The notes below the pieces were generated by a model. It was not told the DNA's origin, ran no database searches, and saw nothing but the letters and a program-made list of their open reading frames with translations. The position numbers were made by a program, and so were the translations under genes. Positions 1-8,502 of a stretch of DNA of 30,800 bases are shown piece after piece. Numbering within the stretch: position 1 is the stretch's first letter; every line of letters starts with the position of its first letter. Origin of the DNA: Thermoplasmatota archaeon (GTDB taxonomy: Archaea; Thermoplasmatota; Penumbrarchaeia; Penumbrarchaeales; Penumbrarchaeaceae); assembly GCA_029762535.1 (NCBI GenBank), contig JARVGK010000038.1, forward strand, positions 1 through 30,800, given 5' to 3'.

Positions 1-41
1 ATGATCCGGCTCCGTATCATTCATTGATTGAGGGTTAATAA

Positions 42-710
42 TTAGATTGGTTTAGGAGTTAAGTGGATACCCCATTTTATTTTTATCTCCTCTTGATTAC
101 GTTCTTTTTGCCAGGCTGATACTACCTGTCGTAAAATGTTTTTTGTAGGTATACGTCCTTTGATACATTGTGCATCCAATACGCCGATTTCGATTTCAGC
201 TACATTTAGCCAACTCCCATGTTTTGGCGTATAGTGGAACTTAATTTTTTTAATTATTCGTTCGGCTTCCTCTTTTGTATATGTTTCATAGAATGCAGAT
301 TCATTATGTGTGTTTAAATTGTCGAGTACAAAGTGTATTTTAACAGCATCAGGATAAACCTTGTCAACTATGAACTTTGCAATTTTTGCAAAGTCCCTTT
401 TTGTTCTTCGTCCAGTAACTCTTGTTATACGTTTTCCGGCTTTATGCTCGACAGCCATAAAGATATTAGCATTTCCTTTTCGAACATATTGAGAGTCACA
501 CTTCTCAGGTTTTCCAGGGCTCATCGGTATTGGTTGATATTTATCTCCAAGTAATTGTTTAGGTTTTTCATCAAATCCAATTACCGGATGATCTTTGTCA
601 TAAGGTTTCTCATATAAATCAAGAACATCATACATACACTTTCGATATTCCTCGTTTATTTCCGATATGCACCACATTCTTTTTAGCCATGGTTTTGTCT
701 GGTTTTTTTT
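42..710 (-). CDS. IS630 transposase OrfB (DDE domain), reached by -1 frameshift or slippage
   Basis: KPWLKRMWC, GFDEK (D), VLDNLNTH (D), WLNVAEIEI (E). The listed start at 794 is probably not used. Confidence 0.88.
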   Translation of the reverse strand, partial: KKNQTKPWLKRMWCISEINEEYRKCMYDVLDLYEKPYDKDHPVIGFDEKPKQLLGDKYQPIPMSPGKPEKCDSQYVRKGNANIFMAVEHKAGKRITRVTGRRTKRDFAKIAKFIVDKVYPDAVKIHFVLDNLNTHNESAFYETYTKEEAERIIKKIKFHYTPKHGSWLNVAEIEIGVLDAQCIKGRIPTKNILRQVVSAWQKERNQEEIKIKWGIHLTPKPI

Positions 711-1114
711 AGAATCAAACGAATTGATTCCCGATTTATATCTTCTAAACCTTTTCTTTTCTTCATAGTCTTGGTCAATAATCTCACGGTCCATCTATCA
801 TAACCTACAGGTGGTTTAGTACAAGCCAATGCAATGATCTCAGCTTCGTCATTCATATCATATTTTTTCGGTTGTCCAGGTCTGGGATCATCATAAAGAG
901 CTTTTTCAAGACCCCCCATACGATATCTTTTCTTAATATTAGAAACAGTAGCTCTACAAATATTTAGAGTAATACTTATGTCTTCTTCTGTCATACCTTC
1001 ATTAGTATATATTAAAATTCTTGCTCGGCTAATTTGCCGTGCTTTTCTTTCTCCTTTTGATACAAATTCTTTTAGAAATTCAAGTTCTTGATTATTAAGC
1101 TTTATTTTTTCCAT
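683..1114 (-). CDS. IS630 transposase OrfA (HTH DNA-binding part)
   Basis: Motifs RARIL, LYDDPRPGQP and RWTVRLL; ends ILKK over an A8 run (T8 at 703-710 on the + strand). Confidence 0.9.
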   Translation of the reverse strand: MEKIKLNNQELEFLKEFVSKGERKARQISRARILIYTNEGMTEEDISITLNICRATVSNIKKRYRMGGLEKALYDDPRPGQPKKYDMNDEAEIIALACTKPPVGYDRWTVRLLTKTMKKRKGLEDINRESIRLILKKTRQNHG

Positions 1115-1175
1115 GATTAAGGTAATGTGTTATTAGTATATAAATATGTCTAAATAATACTTTGTCATAACACTA

Positions 1176-2039
1176 GCCGGGTATTATGAAACACACGATG
1201 TCAGTTCCACCAATACACTGGACGGTAAACCCATAATATACTGGAAAGATACAAAGAGCAAATGGGTGCCCTCCAATGCGGGTTGGATCGTCCTTGTGAA
1301 TTGCAAGAATATCTTCGGTAAGGACATCTATATAACGAATAACTATAACGCCCTCCTCATGGAAGAGTGTGTGAACTGCAATTTTAAAAATATCCATACC
1401 AAGGAATGTTGGGACCCGATTCGCCTGAACAAATGTGATAATATCAAGATATCCGAGTGCACGTTGGAGCAACCGGACATGGGAATGCGAATCCAGGACA
1501 GTCACAATTGCAAGATATCAAAATGCTCGCTCATAGACTGCGAGTTCTGCGGGATGGACGTATCCGGTACCGGGAACCATTTGTTCTTCAATGAGATCTC
1601 AGCATATGAAGATTACTCGGGCCATGGGATCGCACTCCTTGGAGGCGGTACCGAGGCAGACAACAATCTCGTCATGGGTAATTACATAACCGGATTCCAG
1701 GAAGCGGCGATATGGGTGATATGGAGCAAAGGAAACACCTTGAAGAACAATGACATCGTCGAAAATGATTATGCCTTCTCCTTCCATAGCTCCTATGACA
1801 ATGTGCTTCATCACAACAACATCGTGGACAATTGGAGACCATTCATGGATTGGTATTATTCCTTCGAAGACCCGAACCCGACCCAGGCATCCAACACATG
1901 GGAGGACGGCAAAGGTGAAGGCAACTACTGGTCCGATTACGAAGGAGAGGATACTGACGAGGATGGTGTCGGTGACACGGACCTCCCGCATAATGGAGTG
2001 GACTACTATCCCCTGATGAAGAAGTTACGCGGGAAGTAA
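1176..2039 (+). pseudogene. NosD / right-handed parallel beta-helix surface protein, 5'-truncated by the IS630
   Basis: The frame is open from the IS edge: AGYYETHDVSSTNTLDGKPIIYWKD...VPSNAGWIVLVNC, an internal motif of archaeal NosD-type proteins. It has Asn-ladder repeats and the C-terminal GNYWSDY...DGVGDT...DYYPLM motif, but no signal peptide or convincing start. Confidence 0.8.
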
Positions 2040-2165
2040 TACGTCGGATACAACTACTGGTCCGACTACGAAGGATCGGACACGGACAAGGACGGTGTTG
2101 GAGACACCGATCTTCCGCACAACGGAGTGGACTACTACCCATTGATGGAAGAATGCGATTGGTAA
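1923..2165 (+). repeat. Diverged in-frame tandem duplicate of the NosD C-terminal motif (1923-2018 and 2052-2147)
   Basis: Copy 2 reads NYWSDYEGSDTDKDGVGDTDLPHNGVDYYPLMEECDW*. Offset is 129 nt and most differences are synonymous. Confidence 0.9.
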
Positions 2166-2191
2166 ACATTCAGCCTCTATATGGCCCCCAG

Positions 2192-2246
2192 GGATCCCGG
2201 AGGGGGGATCGTTTTTCTGTCCCTTCTTTCCCTTCCTCCGGGATCC
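2192..2246. other. Intergenic inverted repeat / stem-loop
   Basis: GGATCCCGGAGG (2192-2203) and CCTCCGGGATCC (2235-2246) are perfect reverse complements, with a pyrimidine-rich loop. Confidence 0.6.
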
Positions 2247-2361
2247 GATCTTTCTCATTATCTACGATCCCTTCGGATCCGATGACAATCGATGATGGCA
2301 GTAATTGTTTGTACATGGGATGGAGAAGTTTAACTAATTAGATAGATATTATTCTAACCTG

Positions 2362-2604
2362 ATGGTTAGAATTATTTCAAGACCCGTTCTGGCAAAAGGC
2401 CAGATAGTGATCCCCCAGGCATTTAGGGAAACGCTCGGGATCAATACCGGGGATAAGGTCCAGATCGAACTGGAGGATGACCATCTCATAATCCGCAAGA
2501 AAGCGGACCCTTTGGAGGTATTTCATGAGATTTCGGTCTCATTCGGTTCAACTATCACGATGAAGGAGATAAAAAAGGAATATGATGGCACACTCTTTTA
2601 TTAA
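2362..2604 (+). CDS. AbrB/MazE/SpoVT-family DNA-binding protein (antitoxin-like)
   Basis: KGQIVIPQAFRETLGINTGDKVQI swapped-hairpin signature. Confidence 0.88.
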   Translation: MVRIISRPVLAKGQIVIPQAFRETLGINTGDKVQIELEDDHLIIRKKADPLEVFHEISVSFGSTITMKEIKKEYDGTLFY

Positions 2605-2612
2605 GGGCACCA

Positions 2613-3704
2613 TTAACTTCGATCCTTTGCGGAAATTGATTGGACCCATTCCCTGTGCTCCCACAGGGCGCATCCGCCCTTGACCTGGCCGACCATCTCT
2701 CGGTTTGAGCGAATCTCCCTCAGCAAGGGGGAGGACAGGGCCTCCTTCATGCTCATCTTCCGGAGGTTCATATCGGAGTAAGGGGCGAAAGGGCACGGTT
2801 CCAGATCCCCCCATGGATTAACGTGAACGAATCCCCTTCCCGATGATAGGCATCCCCCCATTTTATCCTCATCGCCCGGAAATGAGATGAATATCCCGGG
2901 ATGCTTTTCCGATAGCAATGTTGAGACATGCTCGATATCCTTCACCTGCTGCTCATCAAGGCAGAGGGTTTCCGATCCTTCCTTGACGGGGACGTATTCC
3001 ACGAAGATAAAGAGCCTGGGCCCTTTTTCTATGATGGACCCTATGAACCCATCGGAAGTGACAAGGGTATGGTTTGCCCTGGTCACCGTCAGGGACACGC
3101 CGAAGAACAAACCCGCCCCATGAAGCAGCTCCATGGTTCTCAAGCAGCTGTCCCAGACCCCCAGCCCCCTTCTTCCATCGGTGTCAGCCTCCAACCCCTC
3201 GATCGATAGCATTGGAATGATATTATTGGCTTCTTTGATCCTCTTCAGCATCGCCTCATCGAGCATGGTCCCGTTCGTGAAAAGCAGGAATAGCATCTTA
3301 GAATGACCAGCCAATAGGTCTATGATCCAGTCCTTGACGAGCGGCTCCCCTCCGGCTACAAGGACCACGGAGATCCCCAGATCCGACGATTCCTTTATGA
3401 TACGGTCCACCTCGCCCTCATCGAGTTCAGGCCCCGATCCCCTCTGGAGTAGCTTGGAATAGCATCCTTGACAGTTGAGGTTGCACTCATGGGTCATGGA
3501 GAGGATCATGAACGGAGGGACATGGATCCCTAAATTCTCATGTCTCTTCCTTCTGATGGACGCCCTTCTCTGATTGTCGTAATGCCTCATCGCATGAAAG
3601 AAGAGAGAGGGGTCTCCCTTCAGCAAGGAGATCCCCTTTTTGAACAGACCCTTTATTGATACGCTCAGCATGGATCCCACCTGGGCGTCCGAGATCTCGA
3701 CCAT
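2613..3704 (-). CDS. Radical SAM protein with SPASM/twitch-like C-terminus
   Basis: CNLNCQGC, GGEPL, FTNGT, GCLSSGRGFVHVNPWGDLEPCPF. Start placed at ATG 3704 because the upstream extension runs through promoter and repeat DNA. Confidence 0.88.
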   Translation of the reverse strand: MVEISDAQVGSMLSVSIKGLFKKGISLLKGDPSLFFHAMRHYDNQRRASIRRKRHENLGIHVPPFMILSMTHECNLNCQGCYSKLLQRGSGPELDEGEVDRIIKESSDLGISVVLVAGGEPLVKDWIIDLLAGHSKMLFLLFTNGTMLDEAMLKRIKEANNIIPMLSIEGLEADTDGRRGLGVWDSCLRTMELLHGAGLFFGVSLTVTRANHTLVTSDGFIGSIIEKGPRLFIFVEYVPVKEGSETLCLDEQQVKDIEHVSTLLSEKHPGIFISFPGDEDKMGGCLSSGRGFVHVNPWGDLEPCPFAPYSDMNLRKMSMKEALSSPLLREIRSNREMVGQVKGGCALWEHREWVQSISAKDRS

Positions 3705-3808
3705 ATCTCGCCGGGATACATTGTTCTGATAATAACTTACCCGATATGTTCTATTGATCTCTAAATAGAACTTCCCTGGCCACCCCCTGAAAGTATCATA
3801 AATGATAT

Positions 3809-3893
3809 TTACAGCATCATTTAAACGGTTCGAGATCATCTACTCTCCCGGATGGATCCCATCCTTTTCGTAACGAAGATCCTCGGACCCCCC
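3809..3893 (+). repeat. Direct repeat copy A (duplicate of the phosphatase promoter and first 14 codons)
   Basis: Matches 5368-5452 over 85 bp with 3 mismatches. Confidence 0.95.
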
Positions 3894-3999
3894 CTCAATG
3901 TTAGATGTTATCATCGCAGGATCGATCCCTGCGAACCCCTTTGCAGATGCGACATTTATTCGACCAAGGTATAATAGGGGTTCAAGAAGCCACTTATTT

Positions 4000-5304
4000 C
4001 TATGGCCGATCCTTGAGGAGCCACTCCGTTATCGGTATTACCTGGACCTCTGATCCGAGGTCGATCCTCTCCACGGTCAGGACGATCTTTTCCGATGCTC
4101 CCAGCTCTGCCTCCGCCTCGAGAAGTCCCTTTATCTCCCTCTTTCGGGTCTTAGAATCCTCCAGATCCCATGAGACCTGGATCAACTTCCTTTCATCGCC
4201 ATTGATCACGACGAAATCTACCTCGCCCCTCCCCTTCCAGTAGAATATGTTCTCCTTACCATGCCTTCTGATCAGTTCCATGGCCACGACATTCTCCGAG
4301 ATCGATCCATAGTCCATCCTCTTAGGCCTCTTTACGGACCTGATCATGCCGGTATCGACACAATACAATTTCTTTGGATATTGTTCGATATCCTTGGCCT
4401 TATACGATATTATTGGAATGAAATAGAATATCAAGGATTCCGAAAGATACGAGAAGTACTCGCTTATCGTGGCGGATGATATCTTGATGCCCAGAGAGTT
4501 CATGGTATTCATCATCTTGGTGACGCTGGTCAATCCTGAAATATTGTTGAGCAGCAAAGTCGCCATCGATTTCAACTTGTGGACCTCTCTTACACCGAAC
4601 CTGTTTACGATGTCCCTGTTGATCATCGAATGGAAAAGCTCCTTGAGGAACTCGTCTTTTAGGATTTGATCGTCTATCGACTGTACCTGAGGAAAACCTC
4701 CTGTTTCCAGATATTCGAGCAGGAGGCTCTGCATCCTTTTCTCATTCCACATATCATATTTGACGTCCCTATAATCTAGGAACTCAGCGAAGCTGAAAGG
4801 TTGGAGCCTCAATTCCATGGTCCTTCCCGTTAAAAGCGATGATAGTTCCTGTGTCATAATTCGGGATGATGATCCGGTGACTATGATCTTCATATTCGAA
4901 CTCTTGTCTATCATCGATCTGACCCATCTCTCCCAACCCTCAATGGCTTGCGCCTCATCGATGAACAGATGGATCATGCCTTTGGGTTTGATGAAATGCA
5001 TATAGCTTTCTAGAATATCATCGAGAAGCCGAGGCCCCAGATACGGCTCAAAGGCCGGGTCCTCAAGATTGATGAAAACGGATGAACGAGGGTCCATTCC
5101 CTTTTCGATCGATCTCTTTATCAGCTGTCTGCACAGGTAGGTCTTTCCACATCTTCTAACCCCGGTAACGGCGACTGTTGTCGAAGGTATTTTCAGATAA
5201 CTCTCGAACCTGTCAAGGTAAGGATTTCGAACATAACCCGTCTCTAGATCCCCTTCCCAGAAGTTGAAAGGTGATATTATTTCGATGAGTTCGTGCCTTA
5301 TCAT
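4000..5304 (-). CDS. AAA+ ATPase (AAA_14 plus DUF4143 type) with C-terminal PD-(D/E)xK-like domain
   Basis: Walker A GVRRCGKT, Walker B LFIDEAQ, VTGSSS, LTGR, GGFP, KKLYCVDTG, EVDFV...IQV. Confidence 0.92.
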   Translation of the reverse strand: MIRHELIEIISPFNFWEGDLETGYVRNPYLDRFESYLKIPSTTVAVTGVRRCGKTYLCRQLIKRSIEKGMDPRSSVFINLEDPAFEPYLGPRLLDDILESYMHFIKPKGMIHLFIDEAQAIEGWERWVRSMIDKSSNMKIIVTGSSSRIMTQELSSLLTGRTMELRLQPFSFAEFLDYRDVKYDMWNEKRMQSLLLEYLETGGFPQVQSIDDQILKDEFLKELFHSMINRDIVNRFGVREVHKLKSMATLLLNNISGLTSVTKMMNTMNSLGIKISSATISEYFSYLSESLIFYFIPIISYKAKDIEQYPKKLYCVDTGMIRSVKRPKRMDYGSISENVVAMELIRRHGKENIFYWKGRGEVDFVVINGDERKLIQVSWDLEDSKTRKREIKGLLEAEAELGASEKIVLTVERIDLGSEVQVIPITEWLLKDRP

Positions 5305-5356
5305 TCATTATACTAAACGATAATATGGTATTTATTATTTAGTATGGTAAATGATA
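5299..5356. promoter_or_regulatory. Imperfect inverted repeat over the ATPase start and promoter (possible operator)
   Basis: TATCATTCATTATACTAAA (5299-5317) versus the reverse complement of 5338-5356 (TATCATTTACCATACTAAA): 16 of 19 match. Confidence 0.5.
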
Positions 5357-5367
5357 TTACTCTTTTC

Positions 5368-5452
5368 TTACAGAATCATTTAAACGGTTCGAGATCATCT
5401 ACTCTCCCGGATGGATCCCATTCTTTTCGTAACGAAGATCCTCGGATCCCCC
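5368..5452 (+). repeat. Direct repeat copy B (contains TTTAAA box and phosphatase start)
   Basis: Matches 3809-3893 at an offset of 1559 nt. Confidence 0.95.
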
Positions 5453-6334
5453 TCCATTCTGGAAGGGATAGGCCCGGGATCGATAGACGAAGTCAAGGAA
5501 CTGTTGGACCTCTGCTACCGGGAGATCTCCATGGACCCGTGGCCCCTCGTCGATATCGACGGGTCCAAAGACGTCATCGTCGTGGGGGATCTCCACGGGG
5601 ATCTCCCCGTGGCAAGGGCCGTCGCAGGGAGATTCCTAATAGGTCCTTTCAATCAAAAGGCGGGGGATCTCCCCGTGTTGGTCTTTCTCGGCGACTACCT
5701 CGACCGCCCTCCTGAGGATACCCCGCAGGGAGGGCTCCTGACGGCGATCTTCACGATGGCTCTGAGGATAGCCTTTCCCCAAAACGTCATACTCCTGAGG
5801 GGCAACCATGAGGCTGCGGAATTATTCTCGGATTTCTCCCCCCAACAACTCCCGGAAGAGATCGGTGAGAGGTTCGGATATGGGGGGACCGAGGGATCGC
5901 TGACGGAATTCCAGAGGACGTTCTCAGCCTATCCCTTGATGGCAAGGACCGGGGGCGGGCCCTTCATCTCGCACGCCTCGTTCCCAAGAAACAAGATCCC
6001 CGAGGATATGACCCCCGGGGATACCGAGGAGATCCTCAGGACGCTGTGGGGGGATCCCGTCCTGAAGGACGGGTTCAGTGGCAGAATGATGGGCTACGGG
6101 TTCACCGAAAAGGAGCTGGTCCAGTTCCTGGAGAAAGTCGGGTCCTCCTGCCTGATAAGAGGACACGATCCCCCTCTGCAGGGGATCCCCATGTATGACA
6201 ACAGGATGATGACGATCGTCACCTCAAGGAGGTATGAGAAGATGGGGGCGGGGGGGATCCTGGTGGCGAGGATCCCCGCTGGCAGGAGGATCGGGTCCGT
6301 CCTCGATCTGGATGTCATCGACATCGAGCTTTAA
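5411..6334 (+). CDS. PPP-family Ser/Thr protein phosphatase (metallophosphoesterase)
   Basis: GDLHG, GDYLDR, LRGNHE, LWGDP and IRGH motifs. Confidence 0.9.
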   Translation: MDPILFVTKILGSPSILEGIGPGSIDEVKELLDLCYREISMDPWPLVDIDGSKDVIVVGDLHGDLPVARAVAGRFLIGPFNQKAGDLPVLVFLGDYLDRPPEDTPQGGLLTAIFTMALRIAFPQNVILLRGNHEAAELFSDFSPQQLPEEIGERFGYGGTEGSLTEFQRTFSAYPLMARTGGGPFISHASFPRNKIPEDMTPGDTEEILRTLWGDPVLKDGFSGRMMGYGFTEKELVQFLEKVGSSCLIRGHDPPLQGIPMYDNRMMTIVTSRRYEKMGAGGILVARIPAGRRIGSVLDLDVIDIEL

Positions 6335-6357
6335 TTGGATGGACCTCATATCGGGTC

Positions 6358-6843
6358 ATGGCCGGGAAATACCACATGTTGAGGCACGAGAAGGAGATCT
6401 TGGATCCGGAAGCGATCCGCTCGATATTGTCTTCGGGCAGATATGCGAGCATTGCCCTTTCCGGAGAGGACGGACCTTACGTCATCACCCTGAGCTACGG
6501 ATACGATAAAGATCGGAACTGCCTATACTTCCACACCGCAAAGAGGGGGAGGAAGCTCGAGATGATAGAGGAGGACCCCCGAGCCTGCGCAACCATCATC
6601 GAGGATCTGGGATACAGGCAGGGCCAATGCGATCACGCCTACCGATCCCTTGTGATCCACGGGAGAATTATCCTCGTCGAGGACCCCTCTGAAAAGATGC
6701 ATGCCCTGGAGGTGATGATAGATCACCTGGAGGCGGGTCCGGATCCGGTCAAGGAGCGCTTTTTAAAGAGAGAGGACAGCTTCGATCGGGCAGAGATCCT
6801 CCGCATGGATATCGAGGATATGAACGGTAGGGAGAACGGATGA
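6358..6843 (+). CDS. Pyridoxamine 5'-phosphate oxidase-like / NimA-family flavin-binding protein
   Basis: PYVITLSYGY, LYFHTAKRGRKLEMI, YRSLVIHG, EKMHAL. Confidence 0.87.
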   Translation: MAGKYHMLRHEKEILDPEAIRSILSSGRYASIALSGEDGPYVITLSYGYDKDRNCLYFHTAKRGRKLEMIEEDPRACATIIEDLGYRQGQCDHAYRSLVIHGRIILVEDPSEKMHALEVMIDHLEAGPDPVKERFLKREDSFDRAEILRMDIEDMNGRENG

Positions 6844-7108
6844 GAAGGGGATCTCCGACCGGTCCAACCTTTGATCACCGCATCTATCATTGGAGGGATA
6901 CTCCGGGAGAGGGTTCCTTTTTGGTGTTGGATCCTGTAGCGAACAGTGTCTGATACGGCCATAGAATGGATCGATATGGGGTCCTTCCCGGATGAAAATG
7001 ACCTCACTCTACGGATGGAGAGCCCCCAAAAACGAAATAAGCAAACAAATAATAGTGCCGATCCATTAATGGTTCTTTATTGAGAAAAAATTGATTGGAG
7101 TTTCAACA

Positions 7109-7261
7109 ATGGTCATGATCAACAACATATCTCGAGAAAAACTCTTAAGAAGCAACTCCGGATATCGGCTGACAAGTTGAGAAAGAACATCGATGATGCA
7201 GAATACAAATACATTAAGGGCTTTGATAGTAGAGAACCTGGATAAGGTGAACCTGGAATGA
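7109..7261 (+). pseudogene. hsdM: Type I R-M HsdM relic: N-terminus joined directly to C-terminus (internal deletion)
   Basis: 7141-7215 reads TLKKQLRISADKLRKNIDDAEYKYI, resembling the HsdM N-terminal pattern LW..ADKLR.N.D..EYK. 7214-7261 in another frame reads LRALIVENLDKVNLE*, HsdM-like C-terminus, whose stop overlaps the next ATG (ATGA). Confidence 0.72.
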
Positions 7262-8184
7262 CCGGTAGTGAATTGATGATCGTCAAAGATATCCAGAATA
7301 GGATATACACCATCCGTAGCGTTCAGGTGATGATCGATAACGATCTGGCAGAACTCTATGGAGTTGAGACCAAATATCTCAATAGAGCTGTAAAACGTAA
7401 TATTCACAGATTTCCAGACAAATATATGTTTCATCTGACCAAGGAAGAATATGAAAAAATAAGGTTCCAATACAGCACCCTGGAAATGGATGATCCTTTA
7501 AGGTTCCAATATGGCACCTTAGAAGCGGGCAAGGGAAAACACCGCAAGTACTTGCCTTACGCATTCACCGAGCAAGGGGTTGCAATGCTTTCCTCTGTTT
7601 TGCGAAGTGAAACCGCAGTGAAAGTGAGCATACATATAATAGATGCTTTTGTTGCAATGCGTCGCTTCATCACCTTGAACGCTCAGGTCTTTCAAAGATT
7701 GGACTCGCTTGAGATCAAACAACTTGAAACCGATAAGAAGATGGAAAAGGTCCTTATTGCCATAGAAAATAAGGACGTTCAACCAAAGCAGGGTATATTC
7801 TACGACGGCCAGGTATACGATGCCTACATTTTCATATCCGATCTTTTCAAGATAGCAAAGAAATCTATAACGATAATCGACAACTATCTCGATGACAGCG
7901 TTCTTACCCTTCTCACCAAACGGAACGAAGGTGTAAAGGTCCTGCTTCTCACGAAGAAGGTGAACAAAGCTTTGGAGCAGGATGTCAAGAAATGCAACGA
8001 CCAGTACCCTCCGATAGAGATCAGAAAATTCAACAACTCACACGACAGGTTCATCATAATCGATGACAGGGATCTGTACCACTTCGGCGCTTCTTTGAAG
8101 GACCTTGGAAAGAAGTGGTTCGCCTTCTCGAAGATGGATAGGGGGGCTGTTGACATGCTTTCAAAGCTGGAGGAGATTGGATGA
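7258..8184 (+). CDS. ORF6N (KilA-N-like) DNA-binding domain protein with C-terminal HDRFIIID domain
   Basis: IYTIRSVQVMIDNDLAELYGVETKYLNRAVKRNIHRFP, YLPYAFTEQGVAMLSSVLRS, SHDRFIIID, YHFGASLKDLGKKWFAF. Confidence 0.9.
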   Translation: MTGSELMIVKDIQNRIYTIRSVQVMIDNDLAELYGVETKYLNRAVKRNIHRFPDKYMFHLTKEEYEKIRFQYSTLEMDDPLRFQYGTLEAGKGKHRKYLPYAFTEQGVAMLSSVLRSETAVKVSIHIIDAFVAMRRFITLNAQVFQRLDSLEIKQLETDKKMEKVLIAIENKDVQPKQGIFYDGQVYDAYIFISDLFKIAKKSITIIDNYLDDSVLTLLTKRNEGVKVLLLTKKVNKALEQDVKKCNDQYPPIEIRKFNNSHDRFIIIDDRDLYHFGASLKDLGKKWFAFSKMDRGAVDMLSKLEEIG

Positions 8185-8455
8185 CAGAGTGGAAAGTGTG
8201 TAGACCGGTGAATATGCTAATATAAAAATAGGACGATCTCGAAAATCAGAGTAATACCATGAATAAAGGGACGGCGTTTTATTTAAACATGGAAATAGAA
8301 CGTTCGGAGCGAATATCCCGTTATTGATGCCTATTGCCCAGATCCAAAAAAGATGAGAAATAAAAGAGTTTTTCTTGATCAGTGTAAGAGCTACTGTTGG
8401 TGATTTGAATATTGTACATCAAGATATCTGCATAGGGCGAGGTTTGGCAGCATAA
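8181..8455 (+). pseudogene. hsdS: Decayed type I R-M specificity subunit (first target recognition domain)
   Basis: ATGA-coupled MTEWK start; across frameshifts and stops it reads GEYANIKIGRS.KSE, HGNRTFG, YPVIDAYCPDPKK, LISVRATVGDLNI, DICIGRGLAA*. Confidence 0.85.
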
Positions 8456-8502
8456 GGATACTTCCTTCTCTATTATGGAGGGATCCTTTTAGCAATTCTA
8501 AT

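Larger units (their letters stand above)
42..1175 (-). mobile_element. IS630-family insertion sequence, far end apparently truncated
   Basis: AT-rich segment with two overlapping ORFs (HTH and DDE). On the - strand it begins TAGTGTTATGACAAA at 1175, i.e. at a TA dinucleotide (1174-1175), the typical IS630 target. No matching terminal repeat is visible in 1-70. Confidence 0.85.

Noticed and set aside
2037-2039. Pyrrolysine or selenocysteine read-through into the in-frame duplicate
   Set aside because: The stop is TAA, not TAG or TGA.
1923-2147. Duplicated NosD C-terminus as a DGR template/variable repeat pair
   Set aside because: Differences are mostly synonymous and not adenine-specific, and no reverse transcriptase is present.
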